Shown here in pieces: positions 55,527 to 63,437 of a stretch of 64,000 nucleotides of DNA. Location: positions 1 to 64,000 of IMG/VR virus record IMGVR_UViG_3300028886_000004; one strand, 5' to 3'. The notes beneath the pieces are model-generated. The model worked only from the letters and a program-made list of their open reading frames with translations. It ran no database searches and was not told the origin of the DNA. This DNA comes from a virus (lineage: Duplodnaviria; Caudoviricetes). Position 1 is the first letter of the stretch. Every line of letters starts with the position of its first letter. A program made the translations under genes and the position numbers.

Positions 55527-55862
55527 ATGAAGAAGACTCGCGGAAACCTCTATTGGAATTTTCAATTCACCGGCCTTTTTGATGGCGCCGAAGATTGCTA
55601 CGCCAACGAAGAAGCCAACATCTCTGTGAGCAGCCACGATTTCGCCACGGCCTACGCTCAGGCTGAAGCAATGTATAACGCGCTGCTCAAACTTCATCCG
55701 GATCGTGTTTATTGTGCGCAGGTGTATCTCCGTGATGATGACACTGTCAAACCGAGCGCAAACCACCACATTTACGTCACCCACTATATCGATTCCGATA
55801 AGATCAATGCCTTCTTCGCTGTAGGCGCCGATAGATGCCTGCGCTTGACTTGGCGTGCCTAG
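55527..55862 (+). CDS. hypothetical (putative early) protein
   Basis: directly after promoter cassette. Confidence 0.75.
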   Translation: MKKTRGNLYWNFQFTGLFDGAEDCYANEEANISVSSHDFATAYAQAEAMYNALLKLHPDRVYCAQVYLRDDDTVKPSANHHIYVTHYIDSDKINAFFAVGADRCLRLTWRA

Positions 55863-55872
55863 GAGGTGCCTT

Positions 55873-56328
55873 ATGGAAGATAAAACGCGCTTGAAGTCCG
55901 AAACAGCATACTTTATGATGTTGCAGGAGGGCGAAGAAGCTAGGGTATATCTCAAGGACGATGTGGATGCCGTCCTCGCTGCGAAGGACGCCGAGATCGC
56001 CCGCTTGAAGGAACGCAAGTCCCCGGATATTGACGATGCGGTTGCCTTGGGCGTTTATTCCGGTAAATCTTTGCCGGATGAGCTGGTGTATCGTAAGGCC
56101 GCTGTGGATGCCCTGCTTTTAAAGCGTGGGATTATAGAGCGCCCTATCCCTGGCCCTGCCGTTGCGGAGTTGAAGGACCCTTACTTTACAACTTGCGTTA
56201 TTTGTAATAAGCCGTGGGGCGCTGGTGAATTGCACGCGATGCATAGTGTCTCCTTCCACGGCAGGCTTGTTACCAATCTTTTTGTTTGCTGCGATTGCAA
56301 TGCGAAAATTCGTCGCGGGGAGATTTAA
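55873..56328 (+). CDS. hypothetical protein (VY.K..VDA repeats + Zn finger)
   Basis: AGGAGG RBS; CVIC..CCDC. Confidence 0.75.
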   Translation: MEDKTRLKSETAYFMMLQEGEEARVYLKDDVDAVLAAKDAEIARLKERKSPDIDDAVALGVYSGKSLPDELVYRKAAVDALLLKRGIIERPIPGPAVAELKDPYFTTCVICNKPWGAGELHAMHSVSFHGRLVTNLFVCCDCNAKIRRGEI

Positions 56329-56342
56329 AAAGGAGGCGTAGT

Positions 56343-56558
56343 ATGAATGATTTGATTTTATATGTGGTCAGCGGCATTGCGGTAGTTTGTCTTTTCGTTA
56401 TGCTCTACTTTGAATTGAAGGCAGGCTACACGCTCCGCAAGGCTCTCAAGAACACCCTCGGTTTTGGGGCACGCCGCATCCTTCTCGGATTTGGGATTGC
56501 GCTTTTCCTTATTGCCTTGTATAAGCTGGTCGATTGGCTTTGGGAGGCGCTGCTATGA
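56343..56558 (+). CDS. membrane protein (2 TM)
   Basis: AGGAGG RBS; two hydrophobic segments. Confidence 0.7.
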   Translation: MNDLILYVVSGIAVVCLFVMLYFELKAGYTLRKALKNTLGFGARRILLGFGIALFLIALYKLVDWLWEALL

Positions 56559-56848
56559 GTTTTGAAAGCAAAGAACATTACTGGGTTATCGTTTTCGAGC
56601 CTAGCGAAGGGAATCGCAATTACAGCAGCGATACCCGCTTGTATTGGGGCTCCAAGAAAGGGCGTGCCGACTGGACCGAGGATTTGGCGCAAGCAACCCA
56701 TTTCAAAACGCCGGGTGCGGCCCGCAGCAAGATGGCTGACCGGAATACCAAGTATCGTCCTCCGGTATGGCATTATGTGGCCCCGAATGATAAGGTATAT
56801 GTTGGCGAGGTTGAAACCGTTGCCACTGTTAAGGAGGTAGTCAAATGA
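56555..56848 (+). CDS. hypothetical protein, paralogue of 47922-48203
   Basis: GGAGG RBS. Confidence 0.7.
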   Translation: MSFESKEHYWVIVFEPSEGNRNYSSDTRLYWGSKKGRADWTEDLAQATHFKTPGAARSKMADRNTKYRPPVWHYVAPNDKVYVGEVETVATVKEVVK

Positions 56849-57285
56849 ATGATCAGTTTGCCCAGTCCAATTTCTTGGCGCAGACAATTGCCGCCAAGCA
56901 GGAACAGTCAACCGCCCTTCTTATGGAGATAGCGGATATGCGCCATCGCTATATTCGGCAGGTCATTTCCGATGCCGCTGTCTTGGTAGGGAAGTGGATT
57001 GAATTGCCGGATGGCAACGGCCGCATCATCGTTCACGCACTGGGTTTTTCTCCCCGCCTGCTTATCCCGGAAAATGGCGACCGCGACTACAACATTAGTC
57101 TTGGCTCCGTTGACATAGAGTATGACTGCTGGATCGTGGTTTGCCGGGGCTACGTGAATGTTTGGGAGCGCCCCGAAAAGCATACTACCGGAATCAAGCC
57201 CGAGATTTTGCGTGGTGCCAAAGTTTTGCCGGATAGCGAAGCGGAGGCCCTGCTTTCCCGCGTGGTGCCGAAGGAGGTGGTATGA
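56845..57285 (+). CDS. hypothetical protein
   Basis: AAGGAGG RBS. Confidence 0.7.
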   Translation: MNDQFAQSNFLAQTIAAKQEQSTALLMEIADMRHRYIRQVISDAAVLVGKWIELPDGNGRIIVHALGFSPRLLIPENGDRDYNISLGSVDIEYDCWIVVCRGYVNVWERPEKHTTGIKPEILRGAKVLPDSEAEALLSRVVPKEVV

Positions 57286-57566
57286 AGAAGGCAATAAAGA
57301 TCCCCGCGTTCTATAAGGCGCTCGGTAAGGAGGCGTGCAACGCCTATCTCCGCCGCATCGAACGTAAGCGCTCCACCGCACACTGGCATTTGGATTTTGG
57401 CGGAATCCGCTTTTGGTTTTGGCGTATATGGGAAGACGAAAGCGGGCGCAAGTTTGATTCTAAGCTACGTGTTGCTGCACTTCTCCGCCTTGGCAAGGAA
57501 GACAATAACATCTCCCGCCACAATTTATGGTATCACTCTTTCAATAAGCCCGAGGCTGCCAAATGA
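57282..57566 (+). CDS. hypothetical protein
   Basis: AAGGAGG RBS. Confidence 0.7.
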   Translation: MKKAIKIPAFYKALGKEACNAYLRRIERKRSTAHWHLDFGGIRFWFWRIWEDESGRKFDSKLRVAALLRLGKEDNNISRHNLWYHSFNKPEAAK

Positions 57567-57832
57567 GAACCGAATTCGTTGAACTTCTGCAAAACAAGTT
57601 AGAGGATTTCGTTGGCGAAATTCTTAACGACAAGCAAAAGCGAGGCGATGACGATGTTATTGGGTTTGAAAACGTCCAGCTTAAATACCTAAAAGGATTC
57701 CTAGATGGAATGTGCACGGCGCTTAATTGCAATTACCAAAAAGAAGGAGATTATTGGGTGATCCGTGACGGCAGGAAAAAAGTTATTGTGCGCGAAAAAG
57801 AAGCGTATGATGATGAGGAGGCAACCAAATGA
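57563..57832 (+). CDS. hypothetical protein
   Basis: coupled ORF. Confidence 0.7.
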   Translation: MRTEFVELLQNKLEDFVGEILNDKQKRGDDDVIGFENVQLKYLKGFLDGMCTALNCNYQKEGDYWVIRDGRKKVIVREKEAYDDEEATK

Positions 57833-58944
57833 ACGAGAATTTGAAAAGACATAGACCCGATATTAAGGTGCTAGGCGCAGGGAAGGCTATTGCCTTCATG
57901 CCGGAAGATCCGATGGGCGTGTGGGTTCATATTCAGGAAGTGCGCGACCTGCTTGACGTGAAGGACCGCACAATCCGCGATTACGAGGACAACTACCTTC
58001 CCCGCCCGAAGACTATGGCGTTGCAGACCTGGATGATTGGCAGCCCGGAGACCGGCGAACGGTGGGTGTGTGATTCCGAAGACGTTGATAAGGTCATTGC
58101 GGAAAAGAATAAAGAAATTGAGGACCAGCGCAAAAGATTGGAAGAATTTGAAAATGGGGCCCTTTTTAATAGGGAGAACCCCGTGTCATTTGATGAATTT
58201 GCCAAAATTTGCGGCTTTCCCCTGGATTCCTTGGAGAATTGTCAAAAAGAAATTGAGGAGTTGAAAGCGAAGGCTGCCTCGTGCGAGGCGAAGGACAAGG
58301 AAATTGAGGACCTGAAAAAGAAGCTGGCGGAGTATGAAGACTGTGCCGCCAATGCCTGCGCCGAACGCGATGACAACCAAACCGCGATCGATGAACTCAA
58401 TGCCGAAAATGCGGCCTATGAAAAGAAGGTTAAATTCTTGGACGAGCAGGTAGCGACACGCGACAAAATTATTAAGGACCTCACCGACGAAAGAAGCACC
58501 CTTCGCAAGATCGCGTATGACCGAAAAGAGAATTATTTGGAAATGCAAACCAAGGCGGACCGCCTGGAAAGCAAGTGCCTCGCAAAGGATGGTACTATTG
58601 AGGAATTGAAAGCCTCCAATAGCAGGCTCGCAAAGCTGGTTGGCAAGCGTTCAAATGCAATGCTCTCGTTCCGCAAGGCTATGTGGAAGGCAATCGCTAA
58701 TTGGGCAAAGCTGGAAGCATTGCGTTGGCTGGAGCGTGAAAAGGCCTGCCCGCTTGGCAGCGACCGCGAAAGATTTTGTATGAAGCGCCGCCACCTGTGG
58801 GAGCGCGTTGGAGACAAAGGCGCCTACGAAGTTGCAGATTATGAAGCCCTGCGGGATCACCTGCTTACTAAGTATGCGGACGCCATCGCCTCCGGCAAAG
58901 GGATTGTGACCGCCGAACAACCAATGAGGATTATTGGAAAATGA
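57829..58944 (+). CDS. coiled-coil protein (EKDKEI repeats, MWKAIANWA module)
   Basis: GAGGAGG RBS; heptad repeats. Confidence 0.75.
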   Translation: MNENLKRHRPDIKVLGAGKAIAFMPEDPMGVWVHIQEVRDLLDVKDRTIRDYEDNYLPRPKTMALQTWMIGSPETGERWVCDSEDVDKVIAEKNKEIEDQRKRLEEFENGALFNRENPVSFDEFAKICGFPLDSLENCQKEIEELKAKAASCEAKDKEIEDLKKKLAEYEDCAANACAERDDNQTAIDELNAENAAYEKKVKFLDEQVATRDKIIKDLTDERSTLRKIAYDRKENYLEMQTKADRLESKCLAKDGTIEELKASNSRLAKLVGKRSNAMLSFRKAMWKAIANWAKLEALRWLEREKACPLGSDRERFCMKRRHLWERVGDKGAYEVADYEALRDHLLTKYADAIASGKGIVTAEQPMRIIGK

Positions 58945-59492
58945 AAAGCGAAGAACTCCTAGAAAAACTCCGTGCCGCCCAAATTGAATCCGAGATCGCC
59001 GGGCAGCCGATGCGCTGCGACGTGAAGATTCAGGACCTGCTGGATGCCTTCGCCGAGAAGGATGCGAAGATCGCCTCATTGAATGGCGAGATCGCCAAGA
59101 TGCAGCACAAGATGTGCGAGGATGTGTTTGAGGGCATTATGCCGTCGGAACACATTGTATGCCGCCCGCTCCAGCAGGCAGCCCAGCGCATCGCCGAACT
59201 CAAGCAGTCCGTTGCTTGTGATGCAAGCGTGACGAACTACCGCAAGAATTTGATAAAGGAGCTGGAATTCAAGGTTGACAGATTGACCGAAGAAAACCGG
59301 CGCCTTATCGATTGCAATGAAGGGATGAAGGTGTATATTCGTCGCCTGCTTCGCGGAATGTGGCACGCGATCGCGAATTGGGCCCGCGCCGAGCGCAAGC
59401 TGCTGGAAAACTGGGGCTATTGCGAAGAAGCGCAGAAGTGGCTGAATGTGGAGCGTAAAGGCCGTAAAAGGGTCAAGCAGTGCCGGGGGTAG
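58941..59492 (+). CDS. coiled-coil protein (MWHAIANWA module)
   Basis: paralogous to upstream gene. Confidence 0.75.
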   Translation: MKSEELLEKLRAAQIESEIAGQPMRCDVKIQDLLDAFAEKDAKIASLNGEIAKMQHKMCEDVFEGIMPSEHIVCRPLQQAAQRIAELKQSVACDASVTNYRKNLIKELEFKVDRLTEENRRLIDCNEGMKVYIRRLLRGMWHAIANWARAERKLLENWGYCEEAQKWLNVERKGRKRVKQCRG

Positions 59493-59493
59493 T

Positions 59494-59643
59494 ATGACTT
59501 TGCGAAAGAAAACTAAACGCGTGTCTCTTTCAGTTCCTAAAAACGTATGTATAGAATGTGGCAAGCCGGTCACGCCCGGAACAATGCAGGATGGGCATAT
59601 GTGTATGACCTGCTATGAAAAGCGGTGGTCGTTTTGCCGGTAA
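59494..59643 (+). CDS. small Zn-finger protein
   Basis: CIEC..CMTC. Confidence 0.55.
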   Translation: MTLRKKTKRVSLSVPKNVCIECGKPVTPGTMQDGHMCMTCYEKRWSFCR

Positions 59644-59663
59644 GTTAACAAAGGAGCATCCAT

Positions 59664-59903
59664 ATGAAAGTTAAAGATTTGAAGAAGCGTCTTGAAAACG
59701 TTGATGACGAACTGGATGTTGTCGGCTATCAGCACGGAATGGAACAGTCCGGTCTTTTGCCGGTGAGTGCTGGCAGTATGCGTGTTGTTGCCGGTGAAAT
59801 GGTCGAGCGCGAAACATGGGATCGCTTCGACGGGACCGATTATAAGTATAACGTTTTCGAAGAGAAAGAAGGCGGCAGCATTAAGGTATTCCAACTTTAT
59901 TAA
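59664..59903 (+). CDS. hypothetical protein
   Basis: AAGGAG RBS; MKVKDLKKRLE. Confidence 0.75.
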   Translation: MKVKDLKKRLENVDDELDVVGYQHGMEQSGLLPVSAGSMRVVAGEMVERETWDRFDGTDYKYNVFEEKEGGSIKVFQLY

Positions 59904-59917
59904 AAAGGAGCATCAAA

Positions 59918-60091
59918 ATGATTGTTTGCGATATTTGCAAAAAGAATCCCCGCCGTGAAATCAACGTCAAGGATATGCTTTACGACAAGCCTCGGAGCAA
60001 GGGCCAACGCTTTGACCTGTGCGAAAAGTGCTTCAAGGCAGTTTTCAAGGAAGTCCTTGAGAAGAAACAACAGCAGGCCGCTATCAAATGA
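59918..60091 (+). CDS. small Zn-finger protein (MIVCDIC...DLCEKC)
   Basis: AAGGAG RBS; below the ORF-track size cut-off. Confidence 0.7.
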   Translation: MIVCDICKKNPRREINVKDMLYDKPRSKGQRFDLCEKCFKAVFKEVLEKKQQQAAIK

Positions 60092-60306
60092 TTGAAAGCA
60101 CCAAGCTCAACTACAAGCCGCATCGAATCCGCGTTGAGGTTCCTGACAAATGCACGCGTCCCATTAAGGCAGGCATTTGCGGATCCACGCGCTTTCTAGT
60201 GTATGATGAACCGGTCCGACTTCGGGGCGTGGTCTGCCGCCACTACCGCTGCCAAGAATGCAAGGCGGACTATTACGTTGCGGATCTATCCGCTATTCAT
60301 TTGTAA
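60088..60306 (+). CDS. small Zn-ribbon protein
   Basis: C..CGS..CQEC. Confidence 0.65.
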   Translation: MIESTKLNYKPHRIRVEVPDKCTRPIKAGICGSTRFLVYDEPVRLRGVVCRHYRCQECKADYYVADLSAIHL

Positions 60307-60557
60307 TGCGCAAGTTCAGCTGGTATACCATCCCGGTCAAGCTCACCGACCTATCCACCGTGTATAAATATGCGGTGGACCGTTTTATTCCGCTTGAGGT
60401 GGACCGCCACGGGTTCGGCAGCTACATCCACGTAAAGGCTGGAACCTTTGTTACACACCACGACGGCGGATGGCAGCGCTACAAGCCCAATATGAAAGGC
60501 GGCCATCGCCATAACTGCCTCAAAAATGCCCTCAAACGGAAGATACCTAAGAAATAG
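60306..60557 (+). CDS. hypothetical protein
   Basis: TAATG coupling. Confidence 0.6.
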   Translation: MRKFSWYTIPVKLTDLSTVYKYAVDRFIPLEVDRHGFGSYIHVKAGTFVTHHDGGWQRYKPNMKGGHRHNCLKNALKRKIPKK

Positions 60558-60632
60558 GGTGTCTTTTTCAGTATACGAATGTATATTTAAGGTATACGGC
60601 GCCGGGTTGGCGCCTAACCAAGGAAAGGCAAT
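60557..60632 (+). promoter_or_regulatory. conserved promoter cassette, copy 4
   Basis: GGGTGTCTTTTTCA-N11-TATATT, GGCGCC hairpin, CAAGGAAAG. Confidence 0.85.
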
Positions 60633-61070
60633 ATGGCAGCAAAAATCAAAACCGAACCGGAACTCACCAAGCTGTTCAATGCCATCAGCGTGATTGAATT
60701 GATCGCGACCTGTATGGCGAAGAAGGCATTGTCCTACCATCTCTCCCGCGAGAAGTTTGCGGAGCTGGCGTTCGACACTACGCTCACCTCCAACGCGCAT
60801 CATTTCATTACGGTGCGCCTGACAACGAAATTCAAGTTCGAGGACAACCCCGGTCCTTGCAACTGGACTTTCGAATTTTCGTTCCTCACCAACGTGGTCA
60901 AGGCCGATGGCACAATCCGCGTATACCGCTCGGTTGGTCCCGACTTCCCGCCTGCTAACAACCTCACGACTGGCGGCTTCGTGGAAGGCCGTTGCAAATT
61001 TTCTCAGGAAAAGCTGGACGCCCTTGTTCGCTCATTGGCCGGGGATTCCCCGCTTGAGGCCGGTATGTAG
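60633..61070 (+). CDS. hypothetical (putative early) protein
   Basis: directly after promoter cassette. Confidence 0.75.
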   Translation: MAAKIKTEPELTKLFNAISVIELIATCMAKKALSYHLSREKFAELAFDTTLTSNAHHFITVRLTTKFKFEDNPGPCNWTFEFSFLTNVVKADGTIRVYRSVGPDFPPANNLTTGGFVEGRCKFSQEKLDALVRSLAGDSPLEAGM

Positions 61071-61079
61071 GAGGCACAA

Positions 61080-61481
61080 ATGTCAACGCATGATGATTTA
61101 CGGGCGCCAACGCATGATGATTTGATGGCCGCTGCCAACCGCCACCGCTGCCAGCGCTGCGGTAAACCGGGCGCTGTTTGGGCGGCTTGGTATGGCGCCT
61201 CCCTTTGTCCCGATTGCCGCCACGCTTATAGCATTTATCACGGCAAGAATCGGAAATTGGCGGAGGAGCTGGAACCGGGCGTGTGGCGCCAATTCAATCA
61301 GGTCCGCCCCAATAGGGCATCCGAATTCGGCTACTTGGTTGTCCTCCCGGAAACGCGCCAGCCGGTGCTCGCCCAATTCGACGAGGAATCCAAACGCTTT
61401 ATGGTGTTCTGTCCTCAAATAGGGAAGTCTATTCAGGTCCCCGTTACCAAGTGGTTTGCCATACCGGACCCAAATAAATAG
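61080..61481 (+). CDS. Zn-finger hypothetical protein with THDDL duplication
   Basis: AGGAGG RBS; CQRC..CPDC; direct repeat CAACGCATGATGATTT. Confidence 0.7.
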   Translation: MSTHDDLRAPTHDDLMAAANRHRCQRCGKPGAVWAAWYGASLCPDCRHAYSIYHGKNRKLAEELEPGVWRQFNQVRPNRASEFGYLVVLPETRQPVLAQFDEESKRFMVFCPQIGKSIQVPVTKWFAIPDPNK

Positions 61482-61489
61482 GACCCGGT

Positions 61490-61570
61490 TTATTTACGCA
61501 AAAACGGCGCTTTAAGGCGCCGTTTTGTTTTATCCGTGTAATTGCCTAGGCAGGCGTAAATCGCGCTTTA
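61490..61570. terminator. bidirectional terminator / palindromic element
   Basis: AAAACGGCGC-TTTAA-GGCGCCGTTTT between convergent genes. Confidence 0.75.
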
Positions 61571-62059
61571 AACGCCGCGTCTACGCGCCCATTCGGCGAT
61601 GAGGATGGCATCCGCATCCCCGTGCTTCTTGATCATTTCCGCGTGCATCGGGAACATGCGCAGGCCGATTTCCTTGCTGGCCTTTTTGAGGTTCGGGGCG
61701 CCTTTGACTCCCGCCGGGAGGAGCACCTTCTGCCAGTGGCCGGAATCGACATATTCGTAGCCGAAGCGCAAGGATTCCAATACGATGAGCGTGGCTTCCA
61801 GGGAACGGGCCGCCGAGATGGATGCTTGGAAGCGCATCACATTGATCATCGGTCTCTCTATCACCACGCGGGTCGTAAGTGGGTTATATTGTTCAAGCAG
61901 TTTTTTCAAGGCAGGCACATCAATGCGGTTGATGTGGCGCACCTTGGACTTTTGGTATCCGAGGGTTTCGAATACCGGGGTTTCAACGAAGATGGAGGTG
62001 TCGCCATCAAGGATTCCGATGGTCCCGGTGACTCCGTTGTCGATGCCGATGTAGGTCAT
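61568..62059 (-). CDS. ruvC: RuvC-like Holliday junction resolvase
   Basis: YIGIDNGVTG, VVIERP, WQK, DADAILIA. Confidence 0.85.
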   Translation of the reverse strand: MTYIGIDNGVTGTIGILDGDTSIFVETPVFETLGYQKSKVRHINRIDVPALKKLLEQYNPLTTRVVIERPMINVMRFQASISAARSLEATLIVLESLRFGYEYVDSGHWQKVLLPAGVKGAPNLKKASKEIGLRMFPMHAEMIKKHGDADAILIAEWARRRGV

Positions 62060-62071
62060 GTTGTTTGTTCC

Positions 62072-63064
62072 TTATCTAAAGATCCAATCGATTTGCCCGG
62101 GCAGCGCCTTTGCAATTTCGGTCAGCGTGCGAGCCATCCCGACTTTCTTGAGACATTTCCCGTAGTCATCCAAGAAACCGGGAATTTTTGCATTCGCGCG
62201 AATGATGTTCTGCGACGGAATATCCGGCAAATTCATATACTCGATTTGATGAAGGCGTGCCGCTTCCCTTGCGGCTGCCGTCATAGAGATTTCGCGGACA
62301 ACATCCTCGGTCAACTCTTCCGGGGACATTTGCTTCGGGGTTTTTACCGGAGGGACCGGCTTGTCAACCATCTTGATTCCTTTGAAGGCATCCGGCGAGG
62401 CAAACGGAAGGGTAGGCGCCCCGGTTAAAGGCTGCCCTTCCACATCCTCAATTGATTTCTCCGCGTCCTCCTTGGTAATGGCGTGCTCCGTCAATTTAAC
62501 GGGCGGGATTTCCGTGGAGGTGTCAATCACTGGCGGGAGGTTGTCTTCCTCGGCAGCCTTCTTTTCTTCCTCGGTTAGGAGCTCGGGGATATCGGCGGTT
62601 CCTTGGTCAATGTTGTCCGGATCGTTGCCATTGTCATCCATCCAGTCATCGGTGGCAGGCTGGACTTCAACCGGAACGTTGACCTCGTGAACTTCGTTTT
62701 TGGGCTGGACATCAATTTGAACTTGGTGTTCAACCGCCCCGGCGACGGCATCCACGATATCGTTGTGATTGTTTGTGTCGGCTGAGGGCAGGTCCTCAAC
62801 GTGAATGCAGCCGCCAAGATGGAAGCCGCTATCGTCCATAAGCGCCGAAAGGAATTCTTCCGCTTCGTAGTTGGAAAGGGGAGTAACATTCCCATCGTAT
62901 TCGAAGTAAACGAGCTCGTTTCCGCGTTCAATGTACTTGAATTTGCCGATTTGGCGGATTTTTCCTTCGGGTCCGCCCGTATATTTCTTGACGCAGGGCT
63001 GGTTGTAATCAACAGTCCCGCAAATATAGCGTAAACGCTTTGATTGTTGTTTTGTGATAATCAT
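62072..63064 (-). CDS. hypothetical protein with acidic disordered middle
   Basis: leaderless TATATT-N6-ATG. Confidence 0.75.
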   Translation of the reverse strand: MIITKQQSKRLRYICGTVDYNQPCVKKYTGGPEGKIRQIGKFKYIERGNELVYFEYDGNVTPLSNYEAEEFLSALMDDSGFHLGGCIHVEDLPSADTNNHNDIVDAVAGAVEHQVQIDVQPKNEVHEVNVPVEVQPATDDWMDDNGNDPDNIDQGTADIPELLTEEEKKAAEEDNLPPVIDTSTEIPPVKLTEHAITKEDAEKSIEDVEGQPLTGAPTLPFASPDAFKGIKMVDKPVPPVKTPKQMSPEELTEDVVREISMTAAAREAARLHQIEYMNLPDIPSQNIIRANAKIPGFLDDYGKCLKKVGMARTLTEIAKALPGQIDWIFR

Positions 63065-63087
63065 AGCATAAATATACGAGGTCAACG

Positions 63088-63357
63088 ATGGCAAAGGACA
63101 AAAAGGAATATAACCGCGAATACTATGCTGCTCATCCCGAGATTTGGCAAAAGAACTATGCGGAGAATGCCGATGCCCGGCGCGAGCGAGCCCGCACATA
63201 CGCCAATGAGCGGTGGGAGAATGACCCCGAATACCGGGCTGCCCACGCCAAAAGCACCATTGAACGCACTAGGCTGAACCGCCGGGTGCGGTCCTTGGCG
63301 ACCGTTGCCGAAAAAATCTGCAATGTTTTTCAAAAAATTTCCGAAAAATTCGAATAA
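63088..63357 (+). CDS. hypothetical basic helical protein
   Basis: GAGG RBS; REYY..HPE / R..W.NDPEYR repeats. Confidence 0.65.
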   Translation: MAKDKKEYNREYYAAHPEIWQKNYAENADARRERARTYANERWENDPEYRAAHAKSTIERTRLNRRVRSLATVAEKICNVFQKISEKFE

Positions 63358-63362
63358 TCCTA

Positions 63363-63437
63363 GTGTCTTTTTCAAACGACGATACTATATTTAAGGTATA
63401 CCGGCGCAGGTAGCGCCGAAACCCAAGGAAAGAAAAT
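63363..63437 (+). promoter_or_regulatory. conserved promoter cassette, copy 5
   Basis: GTGTCTTTTTCA-N11-TATATT, CGGCGC/GCGCCG hairpin, CAAGGAAAG. Confidence 0.85.
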
